From the NCBI GenBank assembly GCA_964373795.1, contig CAYJVY010000006.1:30001-62000 (forward strand): DNA of 32,000 nucleotides. The letters run 5' to 3'. Every line of letters starts with the position of its first letter. Position 1 is the first letter of the stretch. The position numbers were made by a program, and so were the translations under genes. The stretch is from an uncultured archaeon. GTDB taxonomy: Archaea; Iainarchaeota; Iainarchaeia; Iainarchaeales; DATDZZ01. The notes beneath the pieces were generated by a model. That model did no database searches. It was not told the origin of the DNA and saw only the letters and a program-made list of their open reading frames with translations. Below are positions 27,201 to 32,000 of this stretch, in pieces.

Positions 27201-30200
27201 TCTAGAACTTGGTTGAGAGTTTTGATCTAAATTATCTGTAACCTTTGCTTGAATTTCTTTTGCTCCCTCAGTTAAAGAATTAATTACATAATTCCAATCT
27301 CCTGTTCCTGAAGCTAAATTAAATGTTAATCCATTGTTGTCTGAAACCCATACTTGTTTTACTCCACTTCCTGCATCGCTTGCAGTTCCAGTTAAAGTAA
27401 ATGGAAAGAAACTAATTCCTGCATTATAATCTTCCGGAGGGAATAAACTTATTCCAGGCAACCCTGGAGTTGAGTCAAAGAAAATTCCATCTGAAACAGC
27501 TGTAGAAATATTTCCTAAGTCATCAGTGAATTTCACGAAAACTGTTTTATTTCCATCAGAGGAAGTGCAACCAACTGTTGAATCCAATATATTAAAATCC
27601 GAATGACTTGATGCAAACGCTACATTTGAAGTAAAGCTAGTTCCATTACAGCTAAACTGCATTTGAGTAACAGTTCCAAGTGCATCACTTGAAGCAAGAG
27701 TTAATGAAGGCTTTTGAGCATTAGTGAAATTTGCTCCTCCAGAAATTGAAATTGAATTATTTGTCGGAGGAGTTGTATCTACTATGAAATTTCTGTCAAC
27801 AACTATTGCATTGTTGTCAGCGAAATCTGAAGCCAAAACTCTTACATTATGGGATCCATCTGCAGGCAAAGAAATTGTTTTACTCCAAGAAGTTGTGCCA
27901 GTTACAAGAGTAAATGCTGCATTGTCAAGACTTACATATACTTCTTTTACTCCAGTGAATGCATCTGAAGTTGCACCAGTTAAAGTAAAAGGAAAATTAC
28001 CTGCATTTAATTTAGTTGTTCCAGCCAAAGCCAAATTAATTGATCCAGGTTCTGGAGCAGTTGGAAGAGTTAAATCAACTTTTACTGTTAATTTTTTATT
28101 ACTTAAAGGGGTTTCGACTTGCCCTAAATTGTCTGTTGCTTTTGAAACAAAAATATAAGTTCCTTCAGTTAGAGAATTAATTACTGTATTCCAATTATTT
28201 GTTCCAGTAACATTTGAAAAAGTTGCTTCATTATTTGTTGAGAGTTGAACTAACTGTACTCCGGCTCCTGCGCCATCGCTTGCAGTTCCAGAAACACTTA
28301 AAGGAAATTTGCTTGCATTCAAATTTGAATCATTTGTTAAAGAAATACTTGAAGTAGGAGAAGTTAAATCCAAAGTAAAAGAATCGCTTACAGCTGTTGA
28401 AGAATTTTGCAATTCGTCTTCAAATATTGCGAAAATTGTTTTCAATCCATCAACTGAATTACAACCAAATTGATTTGAACTCAAATCAAGTTGACTTGAA
28501 GTTGTTGTGAATGAAAAATTTGAAGTATAAGGCCCTGTTTGAGAACAACTAAATCTCATAAATGCAACGCTTGTAGTTGTATCGCTTGAACTCAAAGTAA
28601 GAGTAGGAGTTACGTCGTTTGAAAACCCATTTGTTTTAGAAATTGAAACTGAATTACTTGCAGGAGCAGTAGTGTCTAAGGTTAGAGTTAAATTTGTTGT
28701 AACAGTTTGTTCATTGAATGCATTATCTAATGCTTTTACAACTAAATTAATTGCTCCATCAGTAAAAGAAGAACCAAAACTAATGCTCCAATTAGATCCA
28801 TTTAAAGTTGTTTCTTGAAATGTTATTCCACCATCTTTTGAAGCAAATACTTTTTTCACTCCACTCAAAGAATCGCTTGCAGTTCCTGAAACAATTAATG
28901 GAAGATTACTTGAATTAATTTTTTGCCCATTAGAATGAGAAGTAATAGTTGAAGTAGGTTTAGTTGCATCAAAAGTAATTGCATCTGAAACACTTGAAGA
29001 AGTGTTTCCTAAATCATCTAAGAATTTTACGAAAACGTTTTTAGTTCCTTCAGTTGAATTACATCCAGTTGCTCCATTTGTTAAATTAAATTGAGAGTAA
29101 GTTGTTGCAAAGTTTACTGCAGGAGAAAAATTTGTTCCATCACAAGAAAACTGCATTTGAGTAACAGTTCCTAAAGCATCTTGAGATGCAAGAGTTAATT
29201 TTGGATTTGAAGAATTTGAAAATTGATTTCCATCCGCTATTACAATAGAATTATTTGTCGGAGGAGTAGTGTCTACTTGAATTGTTATTCCTGCAGAAGG
29301 AGTTTCAAGATTTCCAGTTCCATCAGTTGCACGAGTTTGAATTAAGTGATTTCCATTACTTAAAGCACTTGAAGGAGTAAAACTCCAACTAGTTGTACCA
29401 GTTGCTTGAGTAAAACTTCCTCCATCAATTGAAACTTCCACTTTTGTTATTCCACTAAATAAATCTGAAGCTGTTCCAGTAAAAGTTGGACTTGTATTGC
29501 TTGTTCTTTGTCCATTTGAATGAGAAGAAATACTTGAAGTTGGAGCAGTTATATCGTAAACAATTGAATCCAAAATTGAAGCTGAAACATTTCCAACTCC
29601 ATCCTTTAATTGCAAGTAAACGTTTTTTGTTCCTTCACTTAAAGTACAACCTAGAGCAGAATCGAGTAAATTAAATCCATTAACTAAAGGAGCTAATGCA
29701 GTGAAAGTTGAAAAAGTTGAATCATTGCATGAAAATCTCATTAAAGATGTTCCAACAATATTGTCTGAAGCAGTTACAGCTAAACTCACTAATCCGTTTG
29801 CAGTAAAAGCATTTCCATTATTAATTGCAAGAGTTCCAGTTGGAGCAGTTGAATCAATTGTTACAGTTACATTTGCATCCGAAACATTTCCAGCATTATC
29901 TGTTGCATTTACGCTGTATCTAAAGCTACCATTTTTTCCTGTAATGCTGCGAGGCTCAACAATTAAATCAGTTAAAGTTAAAGAAGAATAATTTTTTGAA
30001 TTTCCTTGAGTTGTAAGTGGAGTTACATTTAGCTTTGTTTCCCCATAAGTTGTTTGATTTAATCCGCTTACATTATCAGTTAAATTAAATTTTAAAGCAA
30101 AATTTGCAGAATTATCAGGGCCATAACTTACTCCATTAACTGGTTCAGTTATTGAAATTGTTGGAGGAGTTACATCAAAAATAATTTGATCTGAAACAGT

Positions 30201-30821
30201 TAAAGGATTGTTACTTAAATCAAATCCTTTTACATAAACAGTTCTAATTCCTTCAGTTGAATTACATCCTGCTCCTGATTCATTTGATAAATTAAATGAC
30301 TTGCTTGAAGTGAATGCTTGCTGTGAAGTGAAGTTCACATTGTCACAACTGAATTGAAGAGAATTAATATTGTTTCCATCAACTGTTAAAGTAACTTGAG
30401 CATTGTTGGAATAAGTTGCTGCATTATTAATTGAAGCACTTAAACTTCCAACCGCTGGAGGAGCAGTGTCTAAAAGAATTGCACTTGTTTGAGTTCCCAA
30501 ATCAAAAGTGCTTCCGTTTGAAGCAATTCCAATTCCTGTTACTCCAACAACTTTTAATCCATCTCCACCAATTAAATTCCATGAATGAGTATAAGTTCCA
30601 GCAGGCTTTGTAAAGCTTTGTTGCTGGCTTTGACCATCAAATACTGTGTAAACATGTGAAATTCCTCCTGAAACAGAAACAGTTACATTTATTGCAGGAT
30701 TATTAGTTGTAGTTGAACCATTATTTAATGAAACACTTAAAGCAGCGAAAGCTATAGAAGAAACTATAAGTAATCCAATTAATACGTAGAGATATCTAAA
30801 GGTTGAACTAAATGATCCCAC
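18249..30821 (-). CDS. Giant (4,190 aa) secreted repeat protein: signal peptide, 14 two-cysteine domains interleaved with 23 Ig-like domains, one distinct Ig-like domain, CARDB-like domains; no C-terminal anchor
   Basis: Uninterrupted 12,573-nt ORF with a GTG start preceded by GGTGA-N4. The N-terminal hydrophobic segment is LYVLIGLLIVSSIAFAALS. The repeat unit is [D-T-x-P-T ... FTN.QKPSLTL.ASD....V.FM.FSC.......N.AF...YSDFN.LD..FGC.S.DGNKTV.VKF.D..GN.S] followed by Ig-like domains carrying SGTASD..SGV.KV.VS..NG.TF motifs. The tail has CARDB-like segments (NISNIGNV...VDSVTGEVNLSDNN) and ends ...ATVTRVVTVT without a TM segment. Confidence 0.9.
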   Translation of the reverse strand: MGSFSSTFRYLYVLIGLLIVSSIAFAALSVSLNNGSTTTNNPAINVTVSVSGGISHVYTVFDGQSQQQSFTKPAGTYTHSWNLIGGDGLKVVGVTGIGIASNGSTFDLGTQTSAILLDTAPPAVGSLSASINNAATYSNNAQVTLTVDGNNINSLQFSCDNVNFTSQQAFTSSKSFNLSNESGAGCNSTEGIRTVYVKGFDLSNNPLTVSDQIIFDVTPPTISITEPVNGVSYGPDNSANFALKFNLTDNVSGLNQTTYGETKLNVTPLTTQGNSKNYSSLTLTDLIVEPRSITGKNGSFRYSVNATDNAGNVSDANVTVTIDSTAPTGTLAINNGNAFTANGLVSLAVTASDNIVGTSLMRFSCNDSTFSTFTALAPLVNGFNLLDSALGCTLSEGTKNVYLQLKDGVGNVSASILDSIVYDITAPTSSISSHSNGQRTSNTSPTFTGTASDLFSGITKVEVSIDGGSFTQATGTTSWSFTPSSALSNGNHLIQTRATDGTGNLETPSAGITIQVDTTPPTNNSIVIADGNQFSNSSNPKLTLASQDALGTVTQMQFSCDGTNFSPAVNFATTYSQFNLTNGATGCNSTEGTKNVFVKFLDDLGNTSSSVSDAITFDATKPTSTITSHSNGQKINSSNLPLIVSGTASDSLSGVKKVFASKDGGITFQETTLNGSNWSISFGSSFTDGAINLVVKALDNAFNEQTVTTNLTLTLDTTAPASNSVSISKTNGFSNDVTPTLTLSSSDTTTSVAFMRFSCSQTGPYTSNFSFTTTSSQLDLSSNQFGCNSVDGLKTIFAIFEDELQNSSTAVSDSFTLDLTSPTSSISLTNDSNLNASKFPLSVSGTASDGAGAGVQLVQLSTNNEATFSNVTGTNNWNTVINSLTEGTYIFVSKATDNLGQVETPLSNKKLTVKVDLTLPTAPEPGSINLALAGTTKLNAGNFPFTLTGATSDAFTGVKEVYVSLDNAAFTLVTGTTSWSKTISLPADGSHNVRVLASDFADNNAIVVDRNFIVDTTPPTNNSISISGGANFTNAQKPSLTLASSDALGTVTQMQFSCNGTSFTSNVAFASSHSDFNILDSTVGCTSSDGNKTVFVKFTDDLGNISTAVSDGIFFDSTPGLPGISLFPPEDYNAGISFFPFTLTGTASDAGSGVKQVWVSDNNGLTFNLASGTGDWNYVINSLTEGAKEIQAKVTDNLDQNSQPSSRRITVDLTRPSSTISFPTNNAKYSSTSFFASTVSGTSSDAFTGAKKVLYSLNGAQFQNASGTTSWSIPSLTPIEGLNNLKVTGIDFADNDQLVLTDVNFVFDTIAPTGSIVVADGNAFTKNQKPSLALTASDATTSVQFMKFSCNDIAYTNNIAFATTYSDFNLLDSAFGCNSSDGNKSVFVKFLDEVGNESTAVSDEVFYDSTAPTAGISASNVDANIGVNSFPYTFAFDASDPNNGSGLLRAQLSLDNGLTFVDANNISVPIVSFIFNSITAGDHAVILRLTDNLANTADNTFTVVHVDLTPPTSTVTVPVSDANFNQFSLITFSGTAADNNVGVKKVFVSLDSGVTFRDANGSTNWSYTFNPDALQEGFYTLKVKAQDFADNNQSITTDVNYRLDFIAPTNLDLNIEGGANFTRKQKPALSLRAEDSVTGINFMQFSCNNVNYSSNVAYATTHSDFNILDPATGCTTADGNRTVYAKFTDYVGFSSTVSKNIFFDSTAPQINAVGATPPGGYGLNAFPFNYPINSSDSGSGLNKVQFKLDSGNFVDGNQVTANDWNFLVFDLSEGTHDLYVKVIDNLDNNFVEFLGGVFQVDKTRPTSIISSPLNNADLNARNFPLTVSGTAADNNSGVSKIWYSLDEGVSFNLATGTTSWNFIVSNPLTDGNHNLIIKAQDAADNNQLSLTSINVRVDSTSPTNADVNIESNALYTNKQKPSLSLNASDATTGVQFMKFSCSASGPFTSRIAFNSTHSDFNIVDPLFGCSTIDGNRTVFVAFEDLVDNNAIASETIFFDSTGANAVLVNPISDFNAGNNSFPLTVSGTASDGTGSGVQKVWVSTNNGNSFDLATGTTNWTYTLTSLTQGDYTLVVKAQDNLDLNGSTTIPQLLHVDLTNPSSVIVSPLNGAELKASNFPLTVTGTASDNNTGVQKVWIRFGSSNNFELASGTSNWNNVFTQPIDGNYSISVKSNDFADNNQSVLTDINVVVDSVAPTGTILIASGANFTNAQKPSLTLTALDVTTSVQFMKFSCNDIAYTSNIAFATTYSDFNLLDSAFGCTSSDGNKTVYVKFSDTAGNESNAFQDAIFFDSTAPSSVILSPADDSNFNASKFPLTVSGISADSTGSGVKKVFVSTNNGVTFAEATGTSVWSFIISDLSDGDYNVLVKGQDNLDQNEVPQRILIHVDKTIPTIAISSPSNDSNYTSSAFPLNVNGTSLDGFGTGVKQAWLSTDNGLTFTLATGTTSWSKSISLPADGLYQVKVKAQDFADNNSLTADLNFRVDNLPPTNADMNIANGVGYTNLSKPLLSLAALDAVTGVKFMRFSCDNLNYPANVAFASSHSDFNILDPVNGCIGGNGNKTVFVVFEDFTGNSSTQISKVVNYDTTPPTSNVSSPVSDFNAGNNSFPLTLSGTASDGTGSGVKTVWLSFDSGASFQDANGTTSWSFSKSSLTAGDYLVQVKAMDNLDQNQSSVSTVLLHVDLTPPNSVISNLANNARLSDANMPFTLTGTASDNNVGVKKVLVSTNGGISFTEATGTNSWSFSIPSLPDGNYSIKVKAQDFADNNQSVSTDVNFLFDSTPPINNLISIASGANFTNVQKPSLTLASTDALTNVASMQFSCDNVSFTSYVSFASSYSDFNMLDSTFGCNSVDGNKTIFARFADDLNNVSTAVSDGIFFDTTAPTGAFVSPVQDFNAGANALPLTLTGTASDAGSGVKQVFVSTNGGLTFPNLATGTTNWTRNLGSPVDGNYNIFIRVVDNLDQNSPSIGPLVLHIDTVVPSSTITSPLNGSDFNANEFPITISGTASDAFTGVRKVFLSTNGGTSFTDANGSNAWSFVISTPLTDGVHTLKSKANDFADNNQTSFTDVNIIVDSTPPIGASIVIQNGDNFSNDQKPDLTLTASDATTSVQFMKFSCNDIAYTNNIAFATTYSDFNMIDPAFGCSGLNGLTGIYVKFTDAVGNESASVLDSIFFDTTPPTSSVSSPVNDFNAGLNAFPLTVSGTSFDSGAGVKKVFISLDNGATFADANGSTNWSFSIASLTSGDYNIISKAQDNLDQNQVSLTTQLLHVDLVDPNTVITFPSGDLNAAQFPLTITGTASDVGTGLTKVFVSLDNGLTFADANDLSSWTFNVPTLVDGNYTLKAKARDYADNNDLTPASITLTVDKTPPTDTGISIANLLGFTNAQKPVLTLNASDGSGTGVAFMRFSCDNITFTSNIPFATSYSDFNMLDPAFGCTSGDGLKTVYAGFEDVIGNSSTAVSDSVSFDSTQPTALITSPVSDFNAGNNSFPLTVSGTASDGTGSGVQKVFVSTDNGTSFQDANGTTSWSFTLSALTQADYNLVVKAQDNLDLNGLNSSIITIHVDLNNPSASFTSPTNNVDLNASDFPLTLSGTAVDNETGIRKVQLNVDGNSFTDANGSTNWSFVVSNTLSDGNHLFRVKPVDFADNNQSNTTLNVRVDKTAPTGTSIVVADGNTFTKNQKPSLALTASDATTSVQFMKFSCNDIAYTSNIAFATTYSDFNIMDTAFGCNGINGLVGVYVKFVDAVGNTSSSVLDTVFFDSNAPTITNLIPGQDQNTSDQTPTISADFNDALSGVDLNSVQLFLDGNNVTANANVSANKVTFTSLSNLSVGSHDVNVFVSDKLGTQAVKSFSFNVVSIASHDLRTDSLSAPGTVAINSTTVVDANISNIGNVLESSNVRFFVNGVLQETVTLTNLAPGQIAIYSFNFTPTSEGVFELKVSVDSVTGEVNLSDNNKTKNVTVQATHDVRVDSIVYGKASTTTYLYNQDISVDANVFNAGNVSEDVNVQLKAFNPSTGTIIFDYNVVRIAAGQTLPMRFSWDANNKGSTILTVHAVPVTGETSTTDNSKDYSLTVWSVVDTINARFFNSSNYPPSSVTAGANFFTIAVFENFTQSQENFKSLPIQVDVNGVFNVVASESAGANANASLDVNKLSSEDYYWQMNMPNPGSYLVTVKAGANTLDQATVTRVVTVT
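19540..30470 (-). repeat. Intragenic tandem super-repeat region of the giant gene: 3 short units (~200 aa), 10 long units (~292-299 aa, ~880 nt), and a terminal 14th two-Cys domain
   Basis: The FSC motifs fall at residues about 157, 363, 558, 757, 1056 and 1348, then about every 292-294 aa up to 3699. The anchor codon of FMKF in four near-identical copies sits at nt 19733, 21488, 24134 and 26786. These spacings of 1755, 2646 and 2652 nt correspond to 2, 3 and 3 units. Boundaries are approximate, within about 30 nt. Confidence 0.85.
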
Positions 30822-30825
30822 GACT

Positions 30826-30830
30826 TCACC
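30826..30830 (-). promoter_or_regulatory. Shine-Dalgarno GGTGA, 4 nt upstream of the GTG start of the giant gene
   Basis: The minus strand reads TTTTTGGTGAAGTCGTGGGATCA, giving GGTGA-N4-GTG. Confidence 0.55.
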
Positions 30831-31010
30831 AAAAATTCTTTTTTTTTACTAAAAAAATTGATTAGAACTAGTAAACATTTGTGGCATGCATTGTATTTAA
30901 ATGTTTCTATAATTGTACTTAAAGAAAAATTTTATAAATCTTCACTTTTTCAAGTAAAAAAATTACTTCACTCGCTTTTTAATAAAAAATTTGGTTGCAA
31001 AAAAATGAAT

Positions 31011-32000
31011 TTATTTTCTTGTTTTTGCTAGAAATCCTTGTTGTTCTCGAGTCATTCCAGTCCTTTGAGGTGAAAGTTTTCGTGCCTGGCCTGCAACTGC
31101 ATTGAATAAACTTCCTACATCAACGTTAACGCTTCCTTGCCAAGCATTTCTATCAGCCATTTCAAATTCAGCTGTAAAATTTACTCCATTGCCTGTAGTC
31201 CACCAACCTCTTAACCCTCCACCAAATTCTTTTCCAAAAGTTAATTCTCTTCTTCCAAGTTTATCAAAAGTTAAAAATGCTTCAATTCCTCTACCTCTTT
31301 CAAGATTTTCTAAACCAATTCCTCCAACAGTTCTTAAAGTATCAGCTGCTTCTTGAATTGATTGATAATCTAATTGCAATCTATAAGAAATATTCCATCT
31401 ATTTCCTGAAGGAGTAAGTTGTGCTCCAGCTTTTTCTAATTCAATTTTTTGATCTGGAGTTAAAGTTTTTCCTTCAACTCTAATTGATCCATCTCTTCCA
31501 ATTGGAATTCTTCCAACAAGTAATCCTCTTAGAGAATGAGATCTTAAAATTGGATCGTCTTGAAATGCATGTTGTAAAGATAAATCAACTTTTCCACCTA
31601 AAGCTCTTCTTAAATCAATTCCTGTTACAACTCTTCTACCACTTTCTTTTGTTCCTTCTAGAGGGCCATGAACTACTTCTGTTTTAGTCCAACCAGGACC
31701 TAAAGCTAAATCAATTCTTCTTCCAAATAAATCAAATTCATGTCCAAACATTAAATCAAATGTTTCCCTTCTTCTAACATCTCTTAACCTTGTTTTAACA
31801 TCAATTGGACCAAAAGGAATTGGAGGTTGTGCAACTCCGCCAATTTCAGTTTGAACTTGTCCTGAAACAGCTTTATTAGTAGTTGTTTCACTTGATTCAT
31901 GTTCTCTTAAATATCTTCCACCTAATTTAATATCTGGCAAGTCAAGTGGAAATCTATGAATTACATCACTTCCAGTTGTTTTATCTCTTCTAAGAAATTC
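31011..32000 (-). CDS. Hypothetical Arg/Gly-rich, beta-strand-rich protein (partial; N-terminus outside the window)
   Basis: The track start at 31940 is a TTG, but the frame stays open to nt 32000 (hand translation EFLRRDKTTGSDVIHRFPLDLPDIKLGG...), so the gene is truncated by the window. Alternating hydrophobic/polar strands (FDLMFGHEFDLFGRRIDLALGPGW, VDLSLQHAF, WNISYRLQLDY, IEAFLTFDKLG, VNFTAEFEMA, WQGSVNVDVGSLF) are separated by G/R/D-rich turns. It is visibly more G+C-rich than its neighbours. Confidence 0.7.
   Translation of the reverse strand, partial: EFLRRDKTTGSDVIHRFPLDLPDIKLGGRYLREHESSETTTNKAVSGQVQTEIGGVAQPPIPFGPIDVKTRLRDVRRRETFDLMFGHEFDLFGRRIDLALGPGWTKTEVVHGPLEGTKESGRRVVTGIDLRRALGGKVDLSLQHAFQDDPILRSHSLRGLLVGRIPIGRDGSIRVEGKTLTPDQKIELEKAGAQLTPSGNRWNISYRLQLDYQSIQEAADTLRTVGGIGLENLERGRGIEAFLTFDKLGRRELTFGKEFGGGLRGWWTTGNGVNFTAEFEMADRNAWQGSVNVDVGSLFNAVAGQARKLSPQRTGMTREQQGFLAKTRK

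Noticed and set aside
20236-29991. About twenty plus-strand ORFs (60-144 aa, for example 27724-28158) antisense to the giant gene
   Set aside because: All lie fully inside the 12.6-kb minus-strand ORF. Their translations are low-complexity mirror images of the repeat (rich in V/P/E/F/K), recur with the repeat period, and have no start context. They are shadow ORFs produced by a stop-poor repetitive antisense frame.
19540-30470. Strong periodic repetition that could be mistaken for a CRISPR array or satellite
   Set aside because: The period is about 880 nt (about 600 nt for the first units). Copies are diverged and in frame within one ORF, and there are no short conserved repeats separated by unique spacers. 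This is protein-domain tandem duplication.
30839-30857. T9 and A7 homopolymer tracts just upstream of the giant gene RBS, as a possible phase-variation switch
   Set aside because: The tracts lie outside the coding region, and similar A/T runs are common throughout the intergenic regions of this AT-rich sequence. There is no evidence from a single sequence for length variation.

Overview
AT-rich archaeal chromosome segment (roughly 30% G+C by eye). Archaeal markers are a proteasome-activating nucleotidase, a zinc-ribbon aMBF1, an archaeal-type SRP RNA and GGTGA/GTGAT-type Shine-Dalgarno motifs. The content fits a small-genome, possibly DPANN-like, archaeon, but that lineage call is inference only. 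Positions 1-15,600 hold ordinary housekeeping and accessory genes: PAN (partial), a small membrane protein, aMBF1, an M50 site-2 protease, FtsZ, SRP RNA, a RibD_C/DHFR-like reductase, a three-gene block of unknowns, a COG2403 P-loop protein divergent from a PurD-like ATP-grasp protein, a DMT transporter, a lipobox protein, one unknown, tRNA-Asn(GUU), a FolM/PTR1-like SDR and a VapBC pair. Positions 15,900-32,000 are one minus-strand surface-protein locus. It contains a partial beta-strand-rich Arg/Gly-rich protein (31011-32000), then a 4,190-aa secreted giant repeat protein (18249-30821) with no membrane anchor, then a 757-aa secreted protein (15897-18170) with CARDB-like domains, a Cys-rich CTxDxC stalk and a C-terminal TM anchor. 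The giant protein has 14 two-cysteine domains interleaved with 23 Ig-like domains and ends in CARDB-like domains. The two surface genes share an identical GGTGA-N4-GTG initiation geometry. I consider this locus the most likely novel system: a candidate cell-surface or host-attachment apparatus. All family calls come from motifs read by eye; no database search was possible. No CRISPR array, integrase, transposase or rRNA was seen.
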